A DNA stretch of 64,000 nt from Takakia lepidozioides. Its lineage: Eukaryota > Plantae > Bryophyta. The notes beneath the pieces were generated by a model, which was not told the DNA's origin, did no database searches, and saw only the letters and a list, made by a program, of their open reading frames with translations. The first letter of the stretch is position 1; the number at the start of each line of letters is the position of its first letter. This document shows positions 11,013 through 23,300 of this stretch, in pieces. Location: positions 62,620,001 to 62,684,000 of the forward strand of contig CM060731.1 in the NCBI GenBank assembly GCA_030704615.1, given 5' to 3'. The position numbers were made by a program, and so were the translations under genes.

Positions 11013-12330
11013 TACATGTCCACGAGGGCATTGTCCAAAATCACATCAGGTATAATTCCAGCTTTGACAATGAAACCATGGACCTCTTCCTTTTTCCAGA
11101 GCTGGCAGGCTTGCCCTTGATGCTCCCACATTTGGCATACATGTCCACAAGGGCATTGTCCAGAATCACAATCAGGTACAATTCCAGCTTTGACAATGAA
11201 ACCATGGACCTGATCAGAACCTTTTCCAGAGCTGGCAGGCTTGCCCTTGATGCTCCCACGTTTGGCATACATGTCCACGAGGGCATTATCCAGAATCACA
11301 ATCACGTACAATGCAAGCTTAGACAATGAAACCATAGACCTGATCTTCCCTTTCCCAGAGCTGGCAGGCTTGCCCTTCATGCTCCCACATTTGGCATACA
11401 TGTCCACAAGGGCATTGTCCATAATCACAATCAAGTACAATTCCAGCTTAGACAATGAAACCACGGACCTGATCTTCCCTTTTCCAGAGCTGGCAGGCTT
11501 GCCCTTGATGCTCCCACATTTGGTATCCCTAAAGCATGGACCTAATCTTCCCTTTTCCAGAGCTTCTAGGCTTGCCCTTCATGCTAACACATTTGGCATA
11601 CATGTCCACGAGGGCATTGTCCACAATCACATCAGGTACAATTCCAGCTTTGACAATGAAACCATGGACCCGATCTTCCCTTTTCCAGAGCTGCCAGCTT
11701 GCCGTTCATGCTGAACATTTGGCATACATGTCCACGAGGGCATTGTCTCGAATCACATCAGGTATAATTCCAGCTTTGACAATGAAACCATGGACCTCTT
11801 CCCTTTTCCAGAGCTGCCAGGCTTGCCCTTGATGATCCCACATTTGGCATACTTGTCCACGAGGCATTGTCCACAATCACAATCAGGTACAATTCCAGCT
11901 TTGACAATGAAACCATGGACCTGATCAGAACCTTTTCCAGAGCTGGCAGGCTTGCCCTTGATGCTCCCACATTGGCATACATATCCACGAGGGCATTGTT
12001 CAAAATCACATCAGGTACAATTCCAGCTTAGACAATGAAACCATGGACCTGATCTTCCCTTTTCCAGAGCTGCCAGGCTTGCCCTTCATGCTAACACATT
12101 TGGCATACATGTCCAGGGGCATTGTCCAGAATCACAATCAGGTACAATGCAAGCTTTGACAATGAAACCATGGACCCGATCTTCCCTTTTCCAGAGCTGG
12201 CAGGCTTGCCCTTGATGCTCCCACATTTGGCATACATGTCCACAGGGCATTGTTCAGAATCACGTCAATACAATTCCAGCTTTGACAATGAAACCATGGA
12301 CCTCTTCCCTTTTCTAGAGCTGCCAGCTTG
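11013..12330 (-). repeat. Tandem array of about 10 units (about 125-130 bp) derived from a PPR L/S-motif junction
   Basis: The catacatgtccac and gacaatgaaaccatggacc anchors recur every 125-130 bp. Confidence 0.9.
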
Positions 12331-13045
12331 CACACGCACTGCAAACGCACACAAATGTGTTGTGGTCGGGCTTCATCCCTTCCCCCATCATTTTCATGAT
12401 AGGTCTCCAAAGGCTCCATCCCACTTCACTGCTGCGCACATCCTGCAAGCATCGCGCTCCACGACACCACATCTTGTTCAGCCATAGTGTTGAACACTCC
12501 CTCCGCATCCTCAATGCTCTCACATATATTTGGCATACATGTCCACGAGGGCATTGTTCAGAATCGCATCTGTTACAATTCCAGCTTTGGTGATGCAACC
12601 ATGCACCACTTTGCCCTTTTGCAGGGCTGCCAGACTTGCACACGCACTGCAAACGCACAATCTTGTTCAGCCATAATGTTGAACACTCCTTTCGCATCCT
12701 CAATGCTCCCACATTTGGCATACATGTGTCCACCAGCAGTCATGTTCAGGATGACATCTGGTACAATTGCAAATTGTCACGATGGATCTCTTTGCCCTTT
12801 TCCAGGGCTGCCAGGCTCCCACACTCACTGCCAACACACACAAATGTTATGTGGTCGGGCTTCACCCTTCCCCCATCATTTGCTCATAGGTCTCCAAAGC
12901 CTCCATCCCATGCCCCTGCAAGCATCGCACTCCACGACACCACATCTCGTTTAGCCATAGTGTTGAACATTCCCTTGGCATCCTCAATGCACCACATTTG
13001 GCATATATTTCCACCAGGGCAGTGTTCAAAATGACATCTAGTAAT
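11013..13045 (-). pseudogene. PLS-class pentatricopeptide repeat (PPR) gene remnant
   Basis: Recurrent [37 protein letters not shown] and DVVSW-type motifs. Confidence 0.85.
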
Positions 13046-13839
13046 CTGCCAGGCATTCACCTTTTTGCCTGGGTTGTCCCACCATTGACTGGATCAGAAA
13101 GTATTCATTCCACACCTTCCCTCATCTCTTACCTGTTTTTGGATACTTTCTTGTTGTCACATTGGCAGTATCATGTCAAAGTCACTTCAATCTATCAAAG
13201 ATTCACTCAACCAGCTAACTTGCATAATTCAACATGGAAATTTAGGGCTGATTCTGATAAGGGGGAAAAACAGGGTGAAATGTGTTGAAGAAGGTGCCCT
13301 CATCGCCTGATTTTACCAATTGTGCCGCTGCTGCTGCGGCTTCCAGTTGACCATCTACCCATGCAGGTTTCTTGTAGCTATCCTTCCACAGGAATCATAG
13401 GCAATGTTGTGCTTGAAATGTGGCCCTCTTGGATGAATCTGGACCCACACTCTATCCCTGCTCCTTCAGCTATCCATGCCTCTCACAAATCATGCATACA
13501 TCTTTGCCTTGCTGGTAGCAACTGACAATAACAGCCTACATTTGTTCTAGGAAACACCCAACTCAACTTCTCACACTAGTTCCTATGCTCAATTGCATCT
13601 GCTACTCTCTATAATCCAACATGCATTCACCTTTTTGCCACAATTGGCCACCATTGACTAGGGTCAGAAAAGTATGCAGGCCACAACTCCATGACTGTTT
13701 AGGGTTCACTGTCACAAATGAAAGTGTGTTTGTCAGAATTTTGCCCACCCCAACAGCTCAGTCACTCCCACCCATGCAAGGTACCATGCTGTATCAAGTC
13801 TAAACCCTGGAAAAATACATGCAATAGCAGAAACCAACT

Positions 13840-16800
13840 CTAGACCATAGCACAACTGGCCTGGTACCTCCCATGTGGAGCTTGCCTCCGCCTTCTACCA
13901 TTTTGCCTCTGCCTTGCAAGTGCATTCAAGTTGGCAATGGCCAATTCATCTGCCTCACTCAAAGGAACACAAACAGCAAGCTCAGTCATGATGTTATGAG
14001 GAATTTCAGGAGGCACCATGCCTACATAAGTGTCTCCCTCACCCAGTGCCACTTCTGTAATATCGTGAACCACTCGTCGGGATCGAGGGTCCTTGTGAAG
14101 GACCACCTTCCAGTTCCCTCGTGAACTTTTTTCATCCGAGAAAAAAACTTGCTCCACCTGACTAGGGAATGTCCAGGGCTGCTCCATCCGAGGTAACATG
14201 CGACTGAAGTCAACCAAGAGAAAGCCATAATCATCTCGTTTCATGGTGGCATTCCGGCCCACCATGTGTGACCTCACCCATCTACACAAGAACAGAATTG
14301 GGTGAAGAATTCCGTAATCCAGTTGAATTATTTCTGTTACAACACCCACATATTCCAATTGGGATAACACTCGTTTGGACATACCTGCTCTGTTTTCGCT
14401 TTCCTGATGGAATACTTGAGCAACTCCAGAATCAAATGTCACCCTGTCTGTGGCGCCAGTCCCATCACGTATTGCTCGAAAGTGATTGCCGTAAGCATAC
14501 ATGGACTTGAAGCCCAAGGACTGTACTGCTGGTGGTATACATAAATGGCATATGTCCAAATCATAGGACTCACCTGAACTCACCTTGCGTTGGACAGCAC
14601 CTTCAATCCATTCATGGAATGGAGCCAGTAAGCGCATATCTGTTGGGTATGGAATTTCTCCATTGTGGTGGTCTTGGTCTTGTCCACAAAGGAATGCTGT
14701 TCTGAACTCAGTGCGGGATGCTTCTATGAGTGCCATCTCCTCTTCATAGGCCCTGTCCAAATGAGAATTGCAAATTAGGATTACAGCTTATACCATTGGC
14801 AGAAATGAAACACACAGGATATGATAAGCAACATACTTACTCAAGGAATGGTTTCATGCAATCTGTGTTGTGCAAAATATACTCGTGTGCACTGTCTCGT
14901 TCTTGAATGGTGAGGACTCGTACACTTCCCAATCCTTGAACCACCTCCCCACTAACTGAGTCTTCTTCATTGGAGTCCCACACCCTTCGGCTTGTAGCAT
15001 GAAATTCAGCCATATACTCAGTTAGAAACCCTAGGGCCTCATCCAAAGCATACCCTTCCGCCATGCTCCCTTCAGGTCGGCTCATATTCCTTACATAGCC
15101 TTTTAATGTCTTCATATACCGTTCCATAGGATACATCCAACGGCTAGACACGGGACCACACACCTCCAATTCGTCACAAGGTGTACAAGCAAGTGAGTCA
15201 TGATATCAAAAAATGACGGAGGGAATTCTTTCTCCAGCAGACACATAGTGATTGCAACATCTTCTTTTAAGGCCGGTAGCTCAGTTGGATTAATGATCTT
15301 TGCACACACTTTTCGGAAGACTCGAGAAAGCCTCATAATTGCCATCCGTGGACCCTTTCCCAATACCCCTCGAATGCAAAGAGGTAAAATCTGCTGCATC
15401 ATTACATGGTAGTCATGGGTTTTCATTGTAGACAGTTTATTGTCAGCCACATGTTTCTGGAATGTGGCAGCATAACCTGTGGGGGCCTTTACTGCAGCCA
15501 ATGTTTCCAAAAACAGCACCTTCTCATCTTCAGTAAGAACATATGGGGCCAAAGGCTTCACCAACTTGTTCGTGTGAGAGGGATGGGGTCTCAACCACAA
15601 GTGTTCACGAATGACATTGAGTTCCATATCCTTCCTAGATGTGGCTGTGTCCTTCTCCCCAAGAATGGTTCTCAGCACATTCTCACACAATTTTTTTCAC
15701 AATGCATCACATCCAGTGTGTATCGGATGAGTAAGTCTTTCCAGTATGGCAATTGGTTCAAAACAGTGACCCGTTTCATGCCATGTTCCTTTGAAGGGTC
15801 CTGTTTTCCCCCCTCAGCCCCTCCCATTGCGAGATACAACTCTCTGGTTTTAGCCCGGTCAAATTGCTCACTTGCAGTGACCACCATAGGAGCTGCTCTA
15901 TGTTCCACATGTCCATTAAAGTGGGACGAGTTATTCCTATAGGGATGAACAGCAGGCAAGTATCTCCTATGACCAAGATACAAAACTTTTTTGCATGCCT
16001 TCGAGTACCTGGAATCAACATTAGGGCCGCAAGCTGGGCAGGCCTTGTATCCCCCGTGTGCGCATCCTGCTAGCAACCCATAAGCTGGAAAGTCGTGGAT
16101 TGACCACATCAAGATGGCCCTCATGCGAAATGACTGTTGCCCCACTAGGCTACTTCCATCCAATGCCTCCACACCAACTTCCCACAACAATTTTAGCTCA
16201 TCCACAAGGGGCTGCAGATAAACATCTGCATTGTCATTTCCCACAGATTGTGGTCCAGGAATCAAATAAAGCCAACATCGTGAAAAATGGCTTAGTACAC
16301 AGCCAGGGTGGAAGATTATAGTTTACCAACATGACAGGCCAAGTTGACCATTTGTTTGATTTATCACTGTAAGGATTGACACCATCCCATGCGAGACCCA
16401 ATCGCAGATTTCTGGGGTCCGCTGCAAACTCAGGCCATTTTGGTCAATGTGGGCCCAAGCCTTGCTGTCTGCTGGGTGCCTAACCAAGCCATCCAGACTT
16501 CGATTCTTAAAGTGCCATGACATTAACTCTGAGATGGATTTGGCTTTATACATTCGAAGCAGCCTTGGAATGATAGGGAAATGTCGAAGGACCTTACGAG
16601 GTACTGGTGTCTTCGTACCCACCACATAACGACGTGCCTGACATTTTGGACAAACCTCCAAATTCTGAAGCTCCCTTCTGAACAACACACAGCCTTTCGG
16701 ACATGCATGTATACTCTCGTAATGAAGCCCGAGTTCCATTATGAGTTGTTTTGCCTCATAGTGGGACTTTGGCAGGCAATTGTCTGCTGGCAACAGTTGT

Positions 16801-17560
16801 CTTCCTAACAATGTAAGGAGTTCATCGACAAAGGTGTTTGACACACCATGGGTTTGACAAGCATTTAACAGCAGTAAGGTAGCAGACAATCGAGAGGAAG
16901 AACTCCCTACATATAAAGCCCTGGATGCCTCGTGCTCAAAACGTAAGGCACTCGCTGCACCACGATCACCATCGCTCTTCAGTCCACCATCAGTCTGCTC
17001 TGGCACTCCATCTGTGTCCCATTGGCCCTGTGTTCCATCTCCCGGTTCCTCATGTGCATCACCAGTTTGCACCCCATTATCTATAGTTGCGAATGTCTCC
17101 CGGAGCATTCTAAGCATGTCAAGATTACGATCCAAGGTATCAGGACCACCTGCAGGGCTGGTTTCCGTTCTAAACCCCTCATGTTCGTCTCCAGAGTTTT
17201 CCTGCTTAGTACATATCAGACGCCACATGTCAATCCACTATAAGATGGGGAGTTTTTTCATTTGCAATAGTGGAATTTGAAATGTTTCTTATAATTTCAA
17301 AGTATGCATCTGCAAAGGGAAGAGAATCCAGAGATATGCACCGGGAGTTCTCGTAAGTTAGGATCTCGCAAGTTCAAAAGCAGATGACGCTTAGCCCGGC
17401 CAATGGTTTGCCAGTTCCCACCATGACAGGCATTGCATGGACATAGAATTTTCCGAAGACCCAGTCTTCTTGCTCGCGCTTCCTCTAGTTTCCACAATCT
17501 GTCATCGTCATGTTCTGCTTGTGTCCGCCTTTGCAATCGATGGGCAGTAGGAGGGATCAT
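13840..17560 (-). CDS. CACTA TnpD transposase (Transpos_assoc, Transposase_21, DUF4218, DUF4216); spliced, with frameshifts
   Basis: KILCPCNAC (exon 1), YESIHACPKGCVLFR, RHPADSKAWAHID, DVYLQPLVDEL, HDFPAYG, DVMHCEKN, WMYPMERYMKTLKGYVRN and LFLCRWV. Confidence 0.92.
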
Positions 17561-17567
17561 CTTGGCG

Positions 17568-20356
17568 ATGAGTGAGACTCGTCAGGAAATGGAGACCCAA
17601 ATAGAGTGTCCAGAAGTTACACCAGGGCGCAAGCCTACAGCGAGGGAGGTAGAACGAGCAAAGCGTCAAGCGGAGAACAAGGCATTCTTCGCACGACTGA
17701 AGATCTACGACATTGCAAAGAGGTCCAAACTTCGGTTTTTTTCATATCCCCTACCTAGCCCTAGCCATGAAACCGCATTAAAAGCTCCAAACCTGCAGAG
17801 AGGATATGTTAGGGTTTGCAGCTGCTGACTTTGTCTTTCTTCTTCTTTGCAGCGTCGAAGAGAGCTTGAGTCGCCCTAAACGCCTCGTTGAGGAAATCCT
17901 CAAACACACAGGTCCTCCTCGCCGAAGTCACAGAGTTCAACTCCTGCACTCTGCAATGTCACAACGGGAGAAAGAGGTAGAGCAAGAGGAGGAAGCGCAG
18001 GTTCAAGCGGAGTCAGACACAGAGGAGGCACGAGAGCAAGAATTGCAGCGAGACCAAGATTATGCCGCACATGAAGACTTCAATGAGACCAGCTCGGAGT
18101 CAGAGATGGAAACGATGAAAGAAGCCCCAACAAAGACAAAGCGCGCAAAGCACCCTGCAAACTCCCCAACCCATCAGCAGGTTTGCGATCTGCACCAAAG
18201 TTCTGTCTCCATGTGCATATGAAAAGGCAGTGAGGGTAAGAAACAATTGCAGCAAGGTTGTTGGGCATGAGTCTTGCATATGAATTTGGGTGGGAAAAGG
18301 CTCACTGGAATGTCAACTCCAGTTGCCTGCTTTCTGGCTTGGTCTGGATTGTAATGAGGCCAACAGTTGTGGGGGTCATACTTCTTCTTCAACAAAGCCA
18401 GATAGACACAATGCAGCACTAGAGGCACTTGAAGTCCTTACCCCTAAACCCTCCAACATCTCTTTGCCAATTCAACTTGTGGACCATGTGCCTTTGTTTT
18501 CAGCAATGTGAGTGTTGGTACTCTTATGGTATGCTTGACTCTCCTTCATGATGGTATATAAATGTTGCCTCTTTTTCCTTTTTCATCTTGAACCATAAAC
18601 TGAGAATAGTGGTTTTGACTTGGTGATTGTCTCTCACCAATCCATGGACCAAGAAGAAGAACAACATGAACGGTAGTGACAAGCCACTTTGTCTAACTTC
18701 ATTTTCATCAGAGAGAGAGAGATTGTACTCATAAGACGTTGTTTGCCGTAGCCTTGTGGACATTGACCCCGCGCCCAGTTTGAGCGGGAACAAAAGGGAC
18801 AGAACCTACCTCTGTCAGGGGCTGACGTTGGTAGTAAGACTTACCTTCATATATAGAATTAATTCGGGTTTTCCAGATATCCTCTAGAAATCCTTCTTGT
18901 ATAGATTGACAATGACGCCCTGTCACCAGCGAAAGGGGATCGTTTCAGTCTTCTAGATCAGGTTAAAGAGGAGAAGTAGGGATTGAATTCTGTCTTGAAG
19001 TTGATGGATTGAACCGTCTCTGCCAACGCCTGATTTATGTTGCAACCCGCATGGGATCGCCACCGTGCTTGATAAGCTCGTTGACAATACCATCAGGTCC
19101 ACCAGCTTTATATCCATTTAAATGTTCAATTGCTTCCACAATCTCAGAAGGACTAATGGGAGCGTTATAAGCCATTGAAATATACTCCAGTTCATCAGGG
19201 CTGTTTTGCATCATAGGAACAGTTTTTCCAACTGTGTCCCTCCATTCAGTAGAAGACCCCTCACTGTTAGACCTAGAAGTTATGCCAAGGATACTGTAGT
19301 GAGTTTCAAAGGTTTTGACAATGTCAACCGATGAAGTCACCACTGCACCTTTAGTAGTCTTCAGCGCTTGTACTTGCTGACCGTTTTTCGGCTTGTACAA
19401 ATGTTGAAGGGCCAACCAGAATTTCTTGTCATTACCACCATGGTGGTTTGAGTTTATTTCACTGTATAACTTGTCCCAGTATAATTTCTTCTGAGACCTA
19501 ACAAGCTGTTTGATATCTTTACGGAGCTGGTAGTACCTCGCCCACAATTCTCTGTTGGTTTCCAAATTGCAGCACTCTTTATAGAGGGCTCGTCTCTCAG
19601 CTATCTTGAGTTTAATCTCATTGGTCCACCAATTAACAGCTCTACCATAGACAATTAGTTTCATCCCAATGATCTTGTCAACCACGGAGGAAACGAAACT
19701 CTCCCAAGAGTCCCCTGCTCTTTCGACTTCATTTCTTGCGTTATCAGAGCGAGACTGAAGTTCTTGGAGCGATTGGACAAAATGAGGGAGAGCCTCTTGC
19801 AAGGGCTGGACATACTCAGCCTTGACCTCCTCATTATGGAGTTTTTCTATGCGCCACTTCCGAATCGAATGTTTCACATATCTCTTGGTGTTGGGAAAAC
19901 ACCTTTTGATCTCATTCCAAACCAGGAAATGGTCAGAGGTACCAATATCAGTTCTGTCGATCAACACATTGGCACACTGGGGAAAACAATTTTTTCCATT
20001 ATGATATAATCCACAATGGAACGTTCCCCAGTTTGGGATTTCTCACGAGTCCACTGCACTTGGTCACCTCTTGTCCTGTTATTCAAGGTCAAAAGCTGAA
20101 GATCTTCTAGACAGTTAATTAACCGTCTGCCATTAGAATTCAGTTCGTCCTCACCAAAAGGTCCAATGATATCGTCCTGATGGAGCCCTTTGCCCACCGG
20201 GCATTGAAGTCACCCAATAGCACCACCTGACCTTTGGCAAGGAACGAAGCACAGTCCAGCTTTACATCTTCGAAGGCTTTGTCTGCATCAGCACAAAGCG
20301 TCCCCTCTGTGGGCATGTAAACACAACCCACAAAGAGGTCCTTCGTCCTCGAGACT

Positions 20357-20395
<39 letters not shown>

Positions 20396-23300
20396 CACTC
20401 CTGAGAAGTTGCTTATCATAGCCTTGTGGCCACAGACCTTGCCCGTGCCCAGCAGAACAAGAGGGAACAGACATGAGGGGCTCACTCCAGTAGTAGGACT
20501 TACCGTGTTATAAACATTAGTTCAGGCTTTCCAGATTCCTTTTAGAAAGCCCTTCACACAAGCATCAATATGTTGTATGTGGGCTACCAAGCAATGAGAC
20601 CCCAACAGGGCCACCGCTTTAGACTCAGCCTTGAGATATTGAAAGTTGGTGAACAGAGGTGCAGGGACTATGTTCTTGATGGTCCTGAAGAGGGTCGCTC
20701 TCTGATGAGAATACCCCGGACTTGTATCAGAAAATGGACATTGTCTTCAGGCCACCCACACCAGTGAGCATTGACAATCTCCCTTTCCTCTCTGCATCTG
20801 TTGTTTATTGTTTCAAAGTAGACTCCCATCCTGAGGTTAAATTTTCAGTCTAGTGCCAAGGGTAGGTCTGCCCTTCAGATCATCCTCAAAGTCCTCACCC
20901 ATGTCACAAACTGGAAACGAGTTCAGGGAAGTTTATGCCTAACATTGTTTTGTTCGGACATTCTTCATGCTTTTGACATGGCCTTAGACACTTCAGCCTC
21001 CACGTCAGATTCATCTAGCAGGGTGAGTTCTTCCTTCCTAATATTCAGGTATTTATCATAGGGTCGCTGGTATGAGGCATGCGATTCAGCTGACTGTACC
21101 ATCTGACCTTGAACTCATCATGTTGAGAGCTCAAGGCTGGTACTCCAAACTCGCCCTGAGCAGCCACGTCAGTTGTTCTACAGCTTCTGGGGTCAGGGGA
21201 AAGATATGGAGGATGGTTCACAACCTGCATGCGAACACCAAAGCTTGTGTTGTGGTCAATAGCGAGAAGTCTAATTTCTTTGACATTGACCAAGGTGTAG
21301 CTCAAGGTTGTACCCTCTCCCCGCTGCTCTTCAATGTTTTGTTTATCAGCCCCTTAAAAATTAGGAAAGCAAGAGATTTGGGTTACAGGTGGGTGATGCC
21401 GCCATACCAGCACTTATGAAGAGATCAGGCCTTATCAGGCCTTGGAGTACACATCTGCCGTGTGGGTTGGCCAACTCCAATCATGCTAAAACTTTAGAAT
21501 CCATTCAGCTTTTGGTGCTCAAAGAGAGCATGTCAGCGCGTGCACCATAAGATGTCAAGGAAGGAAACCTTTGTAGAAGGAAGGTGTCGTTCTAGGACAG
21601 AGGTTTCCTTAGAGGTTTCTTTCTTTTTTCCTTCCTTGAATAGGCCAGCTCAGGGACATGGTTGACACAGCCCCCAGGAAGCCTGCCTCACCTTCATGGA
21701 AAACACTTCCAGACTCCAAATCAACCTCAAGATGGGTGCTTATTATCCTACAGAACAGCTTGCAAACTGTGGTAAGAAGTGTAATGCTACGGTAGTTCCC
21801 AGGCTGTCATCTGTCACCTCAGATTGACACTGACACCCTCTCTCCAGCGAAAGGGTATCATTTCAGTCTTCCAAATAAGGTCAAAGAGGAGTGCAAGGGC
21901 ATCTACCATATGATCACACCAGGCTTGACAATCGTATCAGACACACCAACTTTATAGCCCTTTAGATGTTCTATTGCTTCAGCAATCTCAGAAGAACTAA
22001 TGGGCACGTTGTACCCCTTTGTGATGTACTCCAGTTTTTCAGGGTTGTCTTGGAGTAGACAGTCATTTCCACTGTACCCTTCCATTCTTTAGAAGACTCC
22101 TCACTGTTATAGGCAGGTCTGACTGACAGGGTCTTCTTGCATAGGCCTTTGGGCTTCACTTACCCACTAGGTTTGCCATCCCTAGTAGTATGGTGGTATT
22201 GTTTCTCATGTTTATGTTGAGCAATGTGTGCAGAGTTCAGTAAAAAAAAGGAAGGGAATTGCAGGGAAGGATGCGAACGAGCATAAGTCTCTTACTCCAG
22301 CAAAGTGTGCACCAACTATTGCGCCAACTGCTGTGATGAGTGGCGCGGTTGTTCCAACTTACGAAAAACCAGCCCCGCCCACTCCACAGACTGACGTTCC
22401 AGCTCCCTTGTATCCACCAGTATCGGCTCCTCCCTCGTATCCGCTTATGTACCCGCAGTATCCTGCCATGTCAGGGTATAATCTGCATGGGCACATGCCG
22501 TATCCTCACTATCAACCTCCAAACAATGATCCTCAGATTCTTTTGCTCCACCTGCAGGCGCTCCAATGCATGATCCTAGTCAAGGTGGGTATTCCATTTA
22601 CCACCATTATGGAATGCATCCCCATAGTATGTATCCTCCTCGGCCTATGTACAACCAACCTACTTCCTCCCTCTATCCTACCAGCCCTGCAAGACCACAC
22701 CAGGGGCAGGTCCAGTATGGTGGCCACCAACCTTCAGGATCCAACTACAGTGGAGTACAACAGCCGGCACCTTCGAGCTTCACTGCACCGCGGCCACCTC
22801 TTTATCCAACATCTCCAGGTACACCTAATACCCTGAAAGGGAAAGGCATTCTGAAACAGACCGAGGATGCATTTGCTCCGCATCATCCTGTGGGGTGGGA
22901 GACAACAGTCCAGCCCCAACAGAGTGAAGGTGGTAACATGCAAGGTACTGCTGAAACCTTGCAGGATTCCAGCCTTACTCCTGGGGGGACATCAGGTGTG
23001 ACTCCTATAGAACGCAAAAATGCTTTAAGGAGGGAAAGAAGGGCACTTGCAAAAGATCTGAGAGACCAGGCTGCTCAGAATGTGGCTGTAGGGAGGAGGA
23101 AATTTTTCATTTCTTGTGATGAACTTGGAAACCCTGAAGGTCCTGCTCGGAACCAGTGGATGACAGCTCTGCGAGGGCAGTGTCAACGTTTGTTGGACTG
23201 GTCATTGTATGCTCAGGATCAACCATTACACTTAATTGAAAAGATCATGGAGATCTTGGCTTCAGATTGGGAATACGGACCTCCTGGTCTTAACATAAAG

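Noticed and set aside
13572-13580. CACTAG as the left CACTA terminus
   Set aside because: It does not match the right TIR beyond 5 nt and lacks subterminal repeats.
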